Positions 1-9,349 of a stretch of 64,000 nt of DNA are shown here, one piece after another; position 1 is the first letter of the stretch, and each line of letters starts with the position of its first letter. Source of the stretch: a virus; IMG/VR virus record IMGVR_UViG_3300027708_000025, positions 32,001-96,000 of that record. One strand, 5' to 3'. Under the pieces are notes generated by a model. It worked only from the letters and a program-made list of their open reading frames with translations, ran no database searches and was not told the origin of the DNA. The position numbers and the translations under genes are program-made.

Positions 1-37
1 GTGTGTTTGTCAGTTTTGGTTTTGCGAGTAACATAAT

Positions 38-310
38 TTATTCCTTATAAACAAGTGATGAGGTACCATCATATCGTGAAATATCTTCGTTCCATGAGGG
101 TGGTTGTCCGCATTCAAAGTGCATCACATCACGCCCTTGAATGTCTTCTTCTATATTCAACATTTCAACTTCATCGGTGTAGTGCCAATCGTGGCACCAC
201 TCACAATAAACTTTGAATCTGTCTTCTGCCATTTTTCGTTTGCTTTGAAAACCTGTCATGTTCACTCCGCAGAAATTGGATCTAAACAAAATTGTGCAAA
301 GTCTTCCCAT
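38..310 (-). CDS. hypothetical protein (CxxC)
   Basis: ORF track; last gene of an early cassette; true start may be downstream. Confidence 0.55.
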   Translation of the reverse strand: MGRLCTILFRSNFCGVNMTGFQSKRKMAEDRFKVYCEWCHDWHYTDEVEMLNIEEDIQGRDVMHFECGQPPSWNEDISRYDGTSSLVYKE

Positions 311-696
311 GTGCCTTCAAACAAAGGCTCTTGGTCATATGGACTTTCGTCATATGGAAAATCGTGATACACAATCACTTTGTCTTTATACACATGATAT
401 TCATAATCTTGGCTGTAGTCACGTCCAGTCATTGGCGCATAGATGTATATTCCACCAACACCATGTTTCAATTGAACAACCAATTGTGCGGCAAGACAAC
501 CCATGCCATTGGCTTCAGCCGAATTTTTATCGCTATACCCATTGACTAGAGTTTTAGAATTCAAAAACTGAGCCAGTTCGTGCCCATGGCACGATGGATA
601 TCCATCGTATTGACGATAGATACACATGATTGGTTCATTAGTTCCGTCATCGGAATTGGAACCATCGTACACAAAAGTTAAAGACCGAGTACCCAT
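262..696 (-). CDS. conserved phage hypothetical protein (MGTRS...YRQYDGYP type)
   Basis: ORF track; SD GGAG; TAATG coupling to the upstream gene. Confidence 0.75.
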   Translation of the reverse strand: MGTRSLTFVYDGSNSDDGTNEPIMCIYRQYDGYPSCHGHELAQFLNSKTLVNGYSDKNSAEANGMGCLAAQLVVQLKHGVGGIYIYAPMTGRDYSQDYEYHVYKDKVIVYHDFPYDESPYDQEPLFEGTWEDFAQFCLDPISAE

Positions 697-884
697 TATG
701 CATTCTCCTTTGCCATATCATAACCATTAATAAAATCAGCATTTGAAAACAACGTATCGTTCCAACGCTTCTCAACTATCACTTCAACCCATTCAACTGG
801 ACAACCAACTTGCGCCGCAATGTCTTCACAAAGCATAACTGTGGTATCCAGCAATTCATTAATTTCAATTTCAATATCGCTCAT
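696..884 (-). CDS. hypothetical protein
   Basis: ORF track; TAATG coupling on both sides. Confidence 0.65.
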   Translation of the reverse strand: MSDIEIEINELLDTTVMLCEDIAAQVGCPVEWVEVIVEKRWNDTLFSNADFINGYDMAKENA

Positions 885-1048
885 TATGCATCCTCACGCA
901 TTGCACTAACACCAGTAAACATCAAAGCAAGTCCAGCAACAGCAAGTGCCATCTGGACAATCAAATCGGCATTGGGATTCACTTCAATGGTACCAACAGC
1001 ACCAAAGACAATCAGAAAACCGACAAGCATTCGAATAGAACCACGCAT
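884..1048 (-). CDS. small 2-TM membrane protein (MRGSIRMLVGFLIVFGAVG..., 54 aa)
   Basis: Hand-translated, not in ORF track; coupled by TAATG at both ends. Confidence 0.65.
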   Translation of the reverse strand: MRGSIRMLVGFLIVFGAVGTIEVNPNADLIVQMALAVAGLALMFTGVSAMREDA

Positions 1049-1233
1049 TACCAACTCCTAACATTAAGTACTTCAATTTCAACAAATTCATCTTCAATAT
1101 CATCAGGTATTTGCTTTTCAACGGTATTAGCAAAATACACGGCGGCATCATTATTATCAAATGCCTTCAAATTGACCCAACCATTCTCAGGACCGAAACT
1201 CTTAACGATATAAACTTCCATTTTAATCTCCAA
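1048..1233 (-). CDS. hypothetical protein
   Basis: ORF track; directly downstream of promoter 1251-1278. Confidence 0.6.
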   Translation of the reverse strand: MEIKMEVYIVKSFGPENGWVNLKAFDNNDAAVYFANTVEKQIPDDIEDEFVEIEVLNVRSW

Positions 1234-1250
1234 TCAACTGAACAAATTCT

Positions 1251-1311
1251 AGTATAGCACAATGGGAAAGAATGTCAACAACTATTTTTGATAGTGTTGT
1301 TTTTATGCTAC
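1251..1311 (-). promoter_or_regulatory. early promoter module: TTGACA-16-TATACT plus upstream palindrome (1 mismatch)
   Basis: -10 at 1251-1256, -35 at 1273-1278, box at 1296-1311. Confidence 0.8.
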
Positions 1312-1515
1312 ACCAGCCATTTTGCTGTATATTGCTGGATAAACTGTTGCAATGGCTTTGGAAACTGTTGATTCTTTCTTACCATAAATCATAGCCACCA
1401 TTTGGATTTCAGTACTGACCGAACCATATCCACCACTCAAGTAAATTCCAGCTTTCATCTTTGCTAATTTAACAATCATTGTTTCGTATTTTAACATTTT
1501 TAACTCCTTTTTCAA
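1303..1515 (-). CDS. hypothetical protein
   Basis: ORF track; probable start MLKYET after SD AGGAG. Confidence 0.6.
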   Translation of the reverse strand: MKKELKMLKYETMIVKLAKMKAGIYLSGGYGSVSTEIQMVAMIYGKKESTVSKAIATVYPAIYSKMAGVA

Positions 1516-1526
1516 TCTATGAATCT

Positions 1527-1587
1527 ATTATACCAAAGTGCGACTATATGTCAACAACTATTTTCAAGGCTGTTGTTTTCTTGCAAC
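1527..1587 (-). promoter_or_regulatory. early promoter module: TTGACA-16-TATAAT plus GTTG-N8-CAAC
   Basis: -10 at 1527-1532, -35 at 1549-1554, box at 1572-1587. Confidence 0.85.
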
Positions 1588-1812
1588 ACCAGAAATTTGC
1601 CACAATTTTTCTTCACCTTCATAATCGTGTGCATAAACAGAAAGTTTTTGCCCATATACTTCAATAGTGCCCCAATTATCATAAACATTATACGGGTCTG
1701 GTTCTACAGTAACGTTCCGCATAATTTCACAATAACCATTTCGCCACGTAGGCAATTTCTGTTTAAAATACTTATCATTCTCACGCTGGATAATAAAGAT
1801 TTTAGATTTCAT
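1564..1812 (-). CDS. hypothetical protein
   Basis: ORF track. Confidence 0.6.
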   Translation of the reverse strand: MKSKIFIIQRENDKYFKQKLPTWRNGYCEIMRNVTVEPDPYNVYDNWGTIEVYGQKLSVYAHDYEGEEKLWQISGVARKQQP

Positions 1813-1844
1813 TTTATTTCACTTCAAAAAAAAGGGGGAAAACA

Positions 1845-2015
1845 TTACGCAACACAAGTCCGCCTAGCGGTAGGGCTAGTTTTCCCCTCAAGGATATTCT
1901 TTACAATTTTATCTGTCATAATTACACCACCATATGCACGGCGATAAATTTCAGCACATTCTTTAATTCCAAAAACTAAAACTTTACCAGTTGGCATGAG
2001 GAGGGTGTAATTCAT
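1845..2015 (-). CDS. hypothetical protein (MNYTLLMPTGKVLVF..., 56 aa)
   Basis: Hand-translated; ATGA overlap with the upstream ORF. Confidence 0.55.
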   Translation of the reverse strand: MNYTLLMPTGKVLVFGIKECAEIYRRAYGGVIMTDKIVKNILEGKTSPTARRTCVA

Positions 2016-2212
2016 TTTAAAACAGTCACAATTTGAATTTGTAAACCTTTACGCACAGCAACCTTTAAAGTCACTCCGTATTTTTTACAAGTACGTTTAG
2101 GTAAATCCATTCCATAAGGAACAAGAAAATTGGTGCCGTTTGCCGCCTTCAGAAAAACAGCGGTGCTACGACCAACACGATTAAGAACAGAATTTTTAAA
2201 TGCTTTTTTCAT
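2012..2212 (-). CDS. basic hypothetical protein
   Basis: ORF track. Confidence 0.55.
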   Translation of the reverse strand: MKKAFKNSVLNRVGRSTAVFLKAANGTNFLVPYGMDLPKRTCKKYGVTLKVAVRKGLQIQIVTVLK

Positions 2213-2213
2213 T

Positions 2214-2963
2214 TTAAGCCGCCATCAAAATAAGAGTAGGATACTTTACAAAACCAGTGGTGTCTTTTTTAGCTTTGCCTTTTGCATACAAGCCAACCAC
2301 AACACCTTTGGGATCAAGGAAACGCAAATCGGATTCGTCACCATTGAAAACTGGCATACCCATATAAGTCTCAGGCATTGGCAAAGTTTTCTTAATACCG
2401 AACACGGTAGCAACATTATAACCTTGTTGAATTGCTTTTGTAACATCGGAATCATTGCCGTCAGCGGCAGAGAATGTCAAATGGTAGTTAGCGATATCAA
2501 CAACTTTACGACCAAGAACCTTGGTGTAATCATAGAATTGGACTTCAGGAAAAGCGGTGAACATGTTACGGAACAATTGACCGTTACGGACAACTTCATA
2601 CTTTTCAAACGCAAGGTCGGAAGTACCATTCAAACGAAACACGGGAACAAGGTTCATCCGTTTGCTTTGTTTAATTGCTAATTCAATATCAGCAACAAGC
2701 AAAGTCATAAAATAATTACGGGTTTCAAAAAACATTTTGGTTTTGCGAATACGTGCTTTTTGAATAACGTTAGTGGTCTCGCCACGCTTAAACATACCAC
2801 CACGACCAGCGGTATTCAAACAGGCGGAAGTACAACCAGCGGTACGTTTAGGGCAAGTTTCATAACCACTCAAGTTAGCTGGCGCAAGGTGCAGAATGTA
2901 GGTATTGTAACCTTGTGACATTCCTTTAAGAACCTTGGGATTTCCAGTAGATAGTAGTTTCAT
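2214..2963 (-). CDS. GP88-family protein (Cys-rich, radical-SAM-like CxxxxxxCxxxC)
   Basis: Motifs CPKRTAGCTSACLNTAGRG, RLNGTSD, FYDYTK, GDESDLRFLD. Confidence 0.7.
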   Translation of the reverse strand: MKLLSTGNPKVLKGMSQGYNTYILHLAPANLSGYETCPKRTAGCTSACLNTAGRGGMFKRGETTNVIQKARIRKTKMFFETRNYFMTLLVADIELAIKQSKRMNLVPVFRLNGTSDLAFEKYEVVRNGQLFRNMFTAFPEVQFYDYTKVLGRKVVDIANYHLTFSAADGNDSDVTKAIQQGYNVATVFGIKKTLPMPETYMGMPVFNGDESDLRFLDPKGVVVGLYAKGKAKKDTTGFVKYPTLILMAA

Positions 2964-2997
2964 AAATTTCCGTTTCTTTTCTTAATCTCTAGACTCT

Positions 2998-3058
2998 AGT
3001 ATATCACAGTCGGAACACATGTCAACAACTATTTTCAAGGTTGTTGTTTTTCTGCAAC
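2998..3058 (-). promoter_or_regulatory. early promoter module: TTGACA-16-TATACT plus GTTG-N8-CAAC
   Basis: -10 at 2998-3003, -35 at 3020-3025, box at 3043-3058. Confidence 0.85.
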
Positions 3059-3219
3059 TATTTTGCAGAATTCCACAGGTCACAATAGTACTTGGCATCC
3101 CGCCTGAGGTCACATGCGTCTACCACAAAGTCACCGTCCATGATGTACCAAACAGCCTTCTCTAGACCAGTCTTGGTCATCGTGTAGGATTTCTTGATAG
3201 TGTAAGTCGGTTTGTTCAT
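3058..3219 (-). CDS. hypothetical protein (MNKPTYTIKKSY..., 53 aa)
   Basis: Hand-translated; lies between two promoter modules. Confidence 0.6.
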   Translation of the reverse strand: MNKPTYTIKKSYTMTKTGLEKAVWYIMDGDFVVDACDLRRDAKYYCDLWNSAK

Positions 3220-3239
3220 AATTTCAATCTCTAGACTCT

Positions 3240-3300
3240 AGTATAGCAGAATAGGTAAACATGTCAACAACTATTTTTAAAAATGTTGTAGAAAAACAAC
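3240..3300 (-). promoter_or_regulatory. early promoter module: TTGACA-16-TATACT plus GTTG-N8-CAAC
   Basis: -10 at 3240-3245, -35 at 3262-3267, box at 3285-3300. Confidence 0.85.
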
Positions 3301-3302
3301 GC

Positions 3303-3330
3303 AAAAAACCGCCTTGTGGGCGGTTTTTTT
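3303..3330. terminator. bidirectional intrinsic terminator
   Basis: AAAAAACCGCC-TTGTG-GGCGGTTTTTTT. Confidence 0.8.
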
Positions 3331-3384
3331 AGTCTTGGAGGGGTAAGAGTACAGTCTATAGCGGAAAGTCGCCCAAAAGCCTGA

Positions 3385-3801
3385 TTATGGTGTCACTTTA
3401 CGCCAGTTTTTAAGTGCTTTTTCTAAGTCCCTGAATGCTTCATCCTCTTCTGAGGTTGCAGGATCATAAGAATAACTTGTAGTACTTGGGTATTCAGTAT
3501 ATGTGCCGTATGTATTCACATCCATGTGGCGCTCGCCATCAAAATTAAATTCAAATTCATCCTGTTCTGGTTCTTCATCATCGCCTTCATCCCTAACACA
3601 ATCCCATACAGTTTGAAATTTTTCATACAATGTAGAATCAATATCATCAATCATGCCTTCTAGTGTGTAGATTGCAGATTGCAATACTTTAATGTCCACA
3701 TCATTCTCTGTACCAGCGACAAGAAGTTTAAATAGATTTTTAAATTCTCCAACCCGAATGATTGCAGATTCTAGTTCAGTTAATTCGTTCCAATGTTTCA
3801 T
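3385..3801 (-). CDS. acidic hypothetical protein
   Basis: ORF track. Confidence 0.65.
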   Translation of the reverse strand: MKHWNELTELESAIIRVGEFKNLFKLLVAGTENDVDIKVLQSAIYTLEGMIDDIDSTLYEKFQTVWDCVRDEGDDEEPEQDEFEFNFDGERHMDVNTYGTYTEYPSTTSYSYDPATSEEDEAFRDLEKALKNWRKVTP

Positions 3802-3989
3802 AATGACTCCATATATTTGTTACGTTGCTGAATGTTCTGCGGTTGTTGTTCACGCACAGATTCTTTGATAGTGTTTTGAAATTTACTAACACTACTATCT
3901 ATAAGCATTGCTATTCCGGAAGTGCCCGCTGTTGCAAGAAAGATTCCAACAGCACACCCAAATAAAAATTTCATCATGCTATAATCCAA
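3798..3989 (-). CDS. small membrane/secreted protein
   Basis: ORF track; hydrophobic N-terminus. Confidence 0.55.
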   Translation of the reverse strand: MDYSMMKFLFGCAVGIFLATAGTSGIAMLIDSSVSKFQNTIKESVREQQPQNIQQRNKYMESL

Positions 3990-4282
3990 TCAATGTCATC
4001 ACGAATTTCTACAGATTCAGCACCATCATATTCGTGAATACGAAAAGCAGTACCGACAGGCAACCATTGAACTTTTAAATCACCTGCACCACCACAGTAT
4101 GTGTCTGGATATTTGGCTTCGCAATATTGTGTAATTGTTTCAGAATTTGTTCCGTCTTCAATCATCTCTACAATAGTTGGATCAAACAACAATTCTGAAT
4201 CAGAATTCCATGTTGACCAACCAGCACCAAATCCTGGAGATACAAGTACTGCAACTTTTCCATCACGAATAACTTTGTCCAT
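3974..4282 (-). CDS. conserved phage hypothetical protein
   Basis: VAVLVSPGFGAGWSTW and EYDGAE motifs. Confidence 0.75.
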   Translation of the reverse strand: MDKVIRDGKVAVLVSPGFGAGWSTWNSDSELLFDPTIVEMIEDGTNSETITQYCEAKYPDTYCGGAGDLKVQWLPVGTAFRIHEYDGAESVEIRDDIDWIIA

Positions 4283-4893
4283 TAGTCCACCTTCATCGCA
4301 TTCAATTCATTAATTTTCTGTGTTTCAATCTTATCTGTTTGTTTATCTAACTCACGAAAAGATTTTGAAGAACGTAATTGTGCATAGAGTCCAGCATTAC
4401 GTTGAATCTCAGCAAGCATAATCTTGTTTGATTCGTCAGCAGAGAAACGCAAACGAACGAATGCTCTAAAACCACCATTCTCTTTAACTACCATAAAGTT
4501 TGTACGTTGCACACCAACTAAATTTACTTTAGCAACAATCAATCGTGTGGTACGTTCAATGTCAGCATTAGCAACACTTTTGCCAAGTACACCAGATTCA
4601 ACTGCAAAGTCTTTCATCATAGCACTAGTGTATGAAGAATAGTTAGATGCTAATTCACGTTTAGCAGACAACATTGCTTTGTCTACAGAGAACTGAAAAT
4701 CGTTTGAGTATTCAGTACCAACACCATAGATAGCAGAATCATCTTTCTTCGGCGCATCAGCATACCACTTAGGATAGTCAACTTCGTTACTAAACATTTT
4801 CGTTTCACTCACACTTGGACCATCTTTGATAGTACTACATGCACTCAATGAAATTACAAACGGCAATACTGCATAACATAAAAACTTTTCCAT
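4282..4893 (-). CDS. LPP20-like lipoprotein
   Basis: Lipobox LSAC; PKWY...IYGVG...A..ELA pattern. Confidence 0.65.
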   Translation of the reverse strand: MEKFLCYAVLPFVISLSACSTIKDGPSVSETKMFSNEVDYPKWYADAPKKDDSAIYGVGTEYSNDFQFSVDKAMLSAKRELASNYSSYTSAMMKDFAVESGVLGKSVANADIERTTRLIVAKVNLVGVQRTNFMVVKENGGFRAFVRLRFSADESNKIMLAEIQRNAGLYAQLRSSKSFRELDKQTDKIETQKINELNAMKVD

Positions 4894-4895
4894 GA

Positions 4896-5024
4896 TTATT
4901 TTCCTACATTCTTAATGTATTGACCTGCTTGATTCAAGTCTTGTCCAGCACCTTGCAGAGTGCCACCCACAGTACCACAGCCAGTTAAGACTACCAGTAC
5001 ACCCATAATAAAAAGAGACTTCAT
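4896..5024 (-). CDS. entericidin EcnA/B-like lipoprotein (42 aa)
   Basis: Hand-translated MKSLFIMGVLVVLTGCGTVGGTLQGAGQDLNQAGQYIKNVGK; lipobox LTGC and G.G.D...G pattern. Confidence 0.7.
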   Translation of the reverse strand: MKSLFIMGVLVVLTGCGTVGGTLQGAGQDLNQAGQYIKNVGK

Positions 5025-5028
5025 TTCA

Positions 5029-5751
5029 CTACCTTTCAATGCTTACATGATGATTAATAACTTTCCGACTGTCAAAAGGAATATCCTTTACCAGCGAATC
5101 AAACTCCATTGTACTGTACTTATCTCTAAAAGTCAAATTCTTATCGGTAAACAAAAACACCAGCAACTCATTAGAATGACTTTTGCCGATTGGCAATTCA
5201 GCTTGCATTTTGTATCTAGTAGATGGAATTTGAATCTGTTTATTAATCTCCAGTACTTTGTCAGTATAGACTAATTGATACTGTTTGTCAACTAAGTTAA
5301 AAATACCAACGGTACCTGTAATCCCAGAGACAGCTTGAAACACAAATCGTTCTCCAACTTTAAGTTGATTCTTGCCATCAACATGGAATTTCATTGAATT
5401 GACAATTTTATGAACATCAACTTCAATGTCAACTTCACATACTTGTCTGTCTCTATTTGGGTAGATTTGTTTATCTTTTTTATAAACAGTTTTAATCTCA
5501 CCACTCACTTCAGTATAAAGAGTAGAAAGCACGGTACATTTCTCATCTTTACAATTTTCGTTTTGTGCGGCTTCAATCATTTCACCCACAAAATTTGTAA
5601 TTGCATTTTGTTTTGCTTTTTCTTCAGCAAGTCTACATGCAACATTTTCAGCAGTATCAGGACCGAATGAGTATTCACCAGTACCTTTTACACGTTCAGC
5701 ATATGCAAGGCTACTCGCACAAAGCAAAGTCATAAAAAATAATTTACGCAA
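5029..5751 (-). CDS. secreted protein
   Basis: Signal peptide; ORF track. Confidence 0.65.
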   Translation of the reverse strand: MRKLFFMTLLCASSLAYAERVKGTGEYSFGPDTAENVACRLAEEKAKQNAITNFVGEMIEAAQNENCKDEKCTVLSTLYTEVSGEIKTVYKKDKQIYPNRDRQVCEVDIEVDVHKIVNSMKFHVDGKNQLKVGERFVFQAVSGITGTVGIFNLVDKQYQLVYTDKVLEINKQIQIPSTRYKMQAELPIGKSHSNELLVFLFTDKNLTFRDKYSTMEFDSLVKDIPFDSRKVINHHVSIER

Positions 5752-6214
5752 CTTTCAATCCTTTCAGTCTATCTGCCGCATAAGAAGCGGCAAATGCATT
5801 TGGTTTAACCATAGGCACAACATTACATGTTCCTTTGATGTAGCCAATTGCTTCGTTAATAACACAAGAACTACCATGCATTTCATTTGGATTAATATCC
5901 AAATGAACTTCAACATCTCGCCCCTCTAATACATCTGCAAGTTTGATATATAACTCAGAAAGTTTATATACCTCTGTCATCAGACGATATCTTGGACGAT
6001 TCACTTTTTGGTCATAGTCACGTTCACGCTGTACTTCACCAAACAATTTGCATCCATGTCTTCCGTCAATGTGAACTACAATAGCAAGAACATAATCTGC
6101 GTACCAAAGCCCACCAATGTTAAATCTTTCAGAATCACAACCAATATAGATTTTAGTATTAGGTGTTTGATCTTCTATGAATTGCCTCACCTCTTCTAAA
6201 TCTAATTTACGCAC
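5744..6214 (-). CDS. RNase H-like YkuK (DUF458) family protein
   Basis: IYIGCDS, VEVHLDIN and KPNAFAASYAAD motifs. Confidence 0.8.
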   Translation of the reverse strand: MRKLDLEEVRQFIEDQTPNTKIYIGCDSERFNIGGLWYADYVLAIVVHIDGRHGCKLFGEVQRERDYDQKVNRPRYRLMTEVYKLSELYIKLADVLEGRDVEVHLDINPNEMHGSSCVINEAIGYIKGTCNVVPMVKPNAFAASYAADRLKGLKVA

Positions 6215-6233
6215 AACTTACTCCTTAAAAACC

Positions 6234-6308
6234 TGGTGGGCAGAGAGAGAATTGAACTCCCACTCAAGCGATTATGAGTCGCCTGCTTTACCATTAAGCT
6301 ACCTGCCC
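6234..6308 (-). tRNA. tRNA-Ile2(CAT), probable lysidine substrate
   Basis: Anticodon arm GGCGA-CTCATAA-TCGCT; encoded CCA. Confidence 0.8.
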
Positions 6309-6315
6309 TAAAACT

Positions 6316-6399
6316 TGGTATGAGAGGAGGGACTCGAACCCTCAATCCTTGCGGCGGGAGATTTTAAGTCTCCTGTGTATACCATTCCACCACTCTCAC
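6316..6399 (-). tRNA. tRNA-Leu(TAA)
   Basis: GGAGA-CTTAAAA-TCTCC; long variable arm; CCA. Confidence 0.92.
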
Positions 6400-6404
6400 A
6401 TAAC

Positions 6405-6481
6405 TGGCCTGACTGGAGGGATTCGAACCCCCGACCGACGGATTAGAAATCCGTTGCTCTATCCTACTGAGCTACAGTCAG
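6405..6481 (-). tRNA. tRNA-Arg(TCT)
   Basis: ACGGA-TTTCTAA-TCCGT; CCA. Confidence 0.92.
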
Positions 6482-6530
6482 AATTAATTTCTATACATGT
6501 AGTATAGTTTATATTGATTTGTGTGTCAAG

Positions 6531-6604
6531 TGGAGCGGGGTAGGAGAATCGAACTCCTGACTTCAGTTTGGAAGACTGAGGTAATACCATTTTACGAACC
6601 CCGC
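6531..6604 (-). tRNA. tRNA-Gly(TCC)
   Basis: TCAGT-CTTCCAA-ACTGA; TCCA end. Confidence 0.92.
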
Positions 6605-6610
6605 ATTTTT

Positions 6611-6684
6611 TGGCATCTCCTGAGAGACTCGAACTCCCACTTACGGTTTTGGAGACCGCAGTACTGCCATTATACTAAGGAGAC
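6611..6684 (-). tRNA. tRNA-Trp(CCA)
   Basis: GCGGT-CTCCAAA-ACCGT; GCCA end. Confidence 0.92.
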
Positions 6685-6689
6685 ATTTG

Positions 6690-7223
6690 TTACGGATTCT
6701 TTGCAGAATGTGGTACATCAAACACGAATGTAATCCTGTCTACTGTACCATTGTTCCACGCAGAATGATATTTCTTATTGTCAAACCAGAAAAATGTTCC
6801 TGGTTCTATTTGTCTTTCTTCACCATCTACTTCATACAAGTAAGTGCCTTGCAATGATAAATGATATCTATCTCTTGTCTCATAATATGTACCATCGTCA
6901 ACGTGGCGACCAACACTATCGTTTGGATTTAATTTAAAGAAAGCGGCTCTTGAAGTTTGCGTAATGTCGTGCTTCTTAAGATACTTTCTCACTTCAGTAT
7001 ACTTATCATAAAGCGGTGTGCGTCTTTGCAAATCAGAATTTTTAGGATTCTCATCTGGACTACGAACCATCGCCATCACTAGAGGAAGAAACCCATACGG
7101 ATTCTTTTCCCCACCAATCTTAGAATAAGTAGAAACTGCTTGCCAATCTGTATCGTCAATCTGCCCTAGAATTTTACTTATGTCAATTCCAGTTTCAATG
7201 AATCTAAAATTACTCATCATCAT
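6690..7223 (-). CDS. aspartyl/asparaginyl beta-hydroxylase-like 2OG-Fe(II) oxygenase
   Basis: HVD...RYHL...WFDNKKYHSA.N...RI motif. Confidence 0.8.
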   Translation of the reverse strand: MMMSNFRFIETGIDISKILGQIDDTDWQAVSTYSKIGGEKNPYGFLPLVMAMVRSPDENPKNSDLQRRTPLYDKYTEVRKYLKKHDITQTSRAAFFKLNPNDSVGRHVDDGTYYETRDRYHLSLQGTYLYEVDGEERQIEPGTFFWFDNKKYHSAWNNGTVDRITFVFDVPHSAKNP

Positions 7224-7869
7224 ATTCCATCAATTGCATACTTCCCGTATGCGGAAAATCGTATCTATCAAAGTGGTCAAAATTTGTTTTACCAATTGGC
7301 ATAATATTCACACCAACAATGATTCTATAATTGCAATCAGTAGGACTTGTTTGATGCGTTGCCCATGCGGGAAACATAACTAACGTACCTGCGACAAAAG
7401 GTAACTCTTCTTGAGACTTCAACATCAATTCATTTTTATCTGAAATTGCAGGTTGTATTACATATTTCTCTGCACCTAGATTTGGAAATACTGTTCCGCT
7501 TGCATTACCATCAGCATCAAACAAATGAAATGAACCACCCAAGAAACTATTCGCATGACTGTGCATGTGATGAAAGCCACCAGCTTTTTGTCTAGTCGCC
7601 CACATACTTGTAATCCCACACTCATCATAATAACCCATATCATCCATTGCATACTTACCACAACTGTGAATGAAGTCTGTTAACTTTTTAACTTTATCAT
7701 CTTTGTGTAAGTTTGCTCTAGTGATTTGAAGCCCATTCCTTTCACGTTCAGAAAGATATAGATTATCCTGTGCAAGATATCGCACTAAGAATTCTTGGTC
7801 ATTCTCAAAGTTTGGATAATGAAATCTCCAAACTGGTGTGTAGAATAGTTTATGTAATTCGACTTTCAT
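7210..7869 (-). CDS. 2OG-Fe(II) oxygenase (TIGR02466-like)
   Basis: HSH.NS...G.LVMFPAW..H...RI motif. Confidence 0.8.
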   Translation of the reverse strand: MKVELHKLFYTPVWRFHYPNFENDQEFLVRYLAQDNLYLSERERNGLQITRANLHKDDKVKKLTDFIHSCGKYAMDDMGYYDECGITSMWATRQKAGGFHHMHSHANSFLGGSFHLFDADGNASGTVFPNLGAEKYVIQPAISDKNELMLKSQEELPFVAGTLVMFPAWATHQTSPTDCNYRIIVGVNIMPIGKTNFDHFDRYDFPHTGSMQLMEYDDE

Positions 7870-8045
7870 TTGTTTTCAAACTCATCATCATACAAACCCA
7901 TCTCTTGGCTGATACGAACCATTTCATCCAATGCGGCTTCTTGGCGTTTTTTTGCAAATGCTCTTTGCTCTTCTTCGGTTCCTAATTCATATCCTTTATC
8001 AGAATGAATCTCTTCGGCTGCCGCAATATTCTTTTTGTCTATCAT
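7866..8045 (-). CDS. hypothetical protein (MIDKKNIAAAEE..., 59 aa)
   Basis: Hand-translated; ATGA overlaps on both sides. Confidence 0.55.
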   Translation of the reverse strand: MIDKKNIAAAEEIHSDKGYELGTEEEQRAFAKKRQEAALDEMVRISQEMGLYDDEFENK

Positions 8046-8515
8046 AAAATCACCCTATGATATTCGTAATTAACTGTATCTTCATTTTCTCTAAAAACAA
8101 CTGCACCATTACGCAAATGAAAACGTCTAGCCAATTCAGTCTTTGGACTTAGCGTAAGGTATCTTTGAATTTCTGGTTTGTTTTCTTTGATGTGACTAAC
8201 AGCATCAAAAATTAATGTACGACCGGCACCTGGAGCATAACTCCAAATGGTATAAAAAATTGCAACAATAGGTTCAGATGAAACTTGAAATAACTCTGTT
8301 TCTTTTGTTGGAATTTCTGTCTGATAACTTACGCATGTGATTGCTTTCACTTTGTCATCTGGATCACGCAACACAAAGATATCTTTGTTGTCGCCAACCC
8401 TATCAACATGTGGAATATGAGGGCGCACAGGATCCTCACTTAACATACTCATTACACTATCAGTAAAAGATTTTATTAGATATAACATTTTTTTATTCTC
8501 ATTTTTTATTCTCAC
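8042..8515 (-). CDS. GNAT-like hypothetical protein
   Basis: YTIWSY.PGAGR.L...A.RFH..NG resembles acetyltransferase motifs A/B. Confidence 0.5.
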   Translation of the reverse strand: MRIKNENKKMLYLIKSFTDSVMSMLSEDPVRPHIPHVDRVGDNKDIFVLRDPDDKVKAITCVSYQTEIPTKETELFQVSSEPIVAIFYTIWSYAPGAGRTLIFDAVSHIKENKPEIQRYLTLSPKTELARRFHLRNGAVVFRENEDTVNYEYHRVIL

Positions 8516-8528
8516 TTCTCTACATTAA

Positions 8529-8603
8529 TGGTGGAGGATGGGAGGATCGAACTCCCACTTCAGACTTGCAAAGCCCATGTGCTCCCATTATCACTAATCC
8601 CCC
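8529..8603 (-). tRNA. tRNA-Ala(TGC)
   Basis: Loop TTTGCAA; G3:U70; CCA. Confidence 0.9.
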
Positions 8604-8605
8604 AT

Positions 8606-9130
8606 TTAACTCGGTGTTATGGTGTTAAACGAAATCACCGTTTTTCTTTTATGTCCTAAGTTTATAGGAGAACGATGCCACAAAGTTGCTGGCATCGTTA
8701 AAATATAACCTTCTTCGACATTAGGAATTACAATAGATTCTGTTTTTTGATTCCTAATTTGAGTCTTAACATCATCACTTGGTAACTCCAGATAATAAAC
8801 ATTTGTCCAATTTGCTGTGCCATGAACATGCCAACCATGAAAACTATTGTTATAGTACTGTTGAAACCAACAATTTAAATATCCAAATTGGGTAAATCCT
8901 AATTTTGAATATACATTTTTCATATGCTCAGTTAGAGAAGGACGTAAAATATTCCAATATTTTCTCTCGACATTCTCTTCAACATACCAATCAGTATTAG
9001 TAATTTTTTTGTCATCATTGATAAAAATTGACATACTATCAATGCTTTTGAGAAGAACATTTTTTAAATTGTCATGTTCTTCAAATTTAGATACCGCATA
9101 TGGACAGTCAATGTAATTGATATCAATCAT
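8606..9130 (-). CDS. 2OG-Fe(II) oxygenase
   Basis: WFQQY...H.WHVH...VYY...PATLWHRS...KTVISFN. Confidence 0.8.
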   Translation of the reverse strand: MIDINYIDCPYAVSKFEEHDNLKNVLLKSIDSMSIFINDDKKITNTDWYVEENVERKYWNILRPSLTEHMKNVYSKLGFTQFGYLNCWFQQYYNNSFHGWHVHGTANWTNVYYLELPSDDVKTQIRNQKTESIVIPNVEEGYILTMPATLWHRSPINLGHKRKTVISFNTITPS

Positions 9131-9145
9131 TATTTTTCAATAAAT

Positions 9146-9349
9146 TTATTTTAGCATTTCTACAACTTCTTCTAGTGTCTCACTTACTTCCCATGTGCCA
9201 TGAGGAGGTCCATAAACAAATGTTACATCTTCAATTACTCCATCTTCACGGGTAACAGTATTTCTGTGTATCGTAACAATTAAATCTTTTCTGATTGAAA
9301 CTTTGTGTCCTCTAAACTCTGGACTTGAATTCGTTAGTGTTATAAACAT
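9146..9349 (-). CDS. small FlbD-like hypothetical protein
   Basis: FI.LT...I...V.ETLEEV pattern. Confidence 0.5.
   Translation of the reverse strand: MFITLTNSSPEFRGHKVSIRKDLIVTIHRNTVTREDGVIEDVTFVYGPPHGTWEVSETLEEVVEMLK

Noticed and set aside
1826-1890. Riboswitch in the GGGGAAAAC...GTTTTCCCC-T-run element
   Set aside because: It mostly overlaps the end of ORF 1845..2015 and matches no aptamer I recognise; at most a large-loop terminator.
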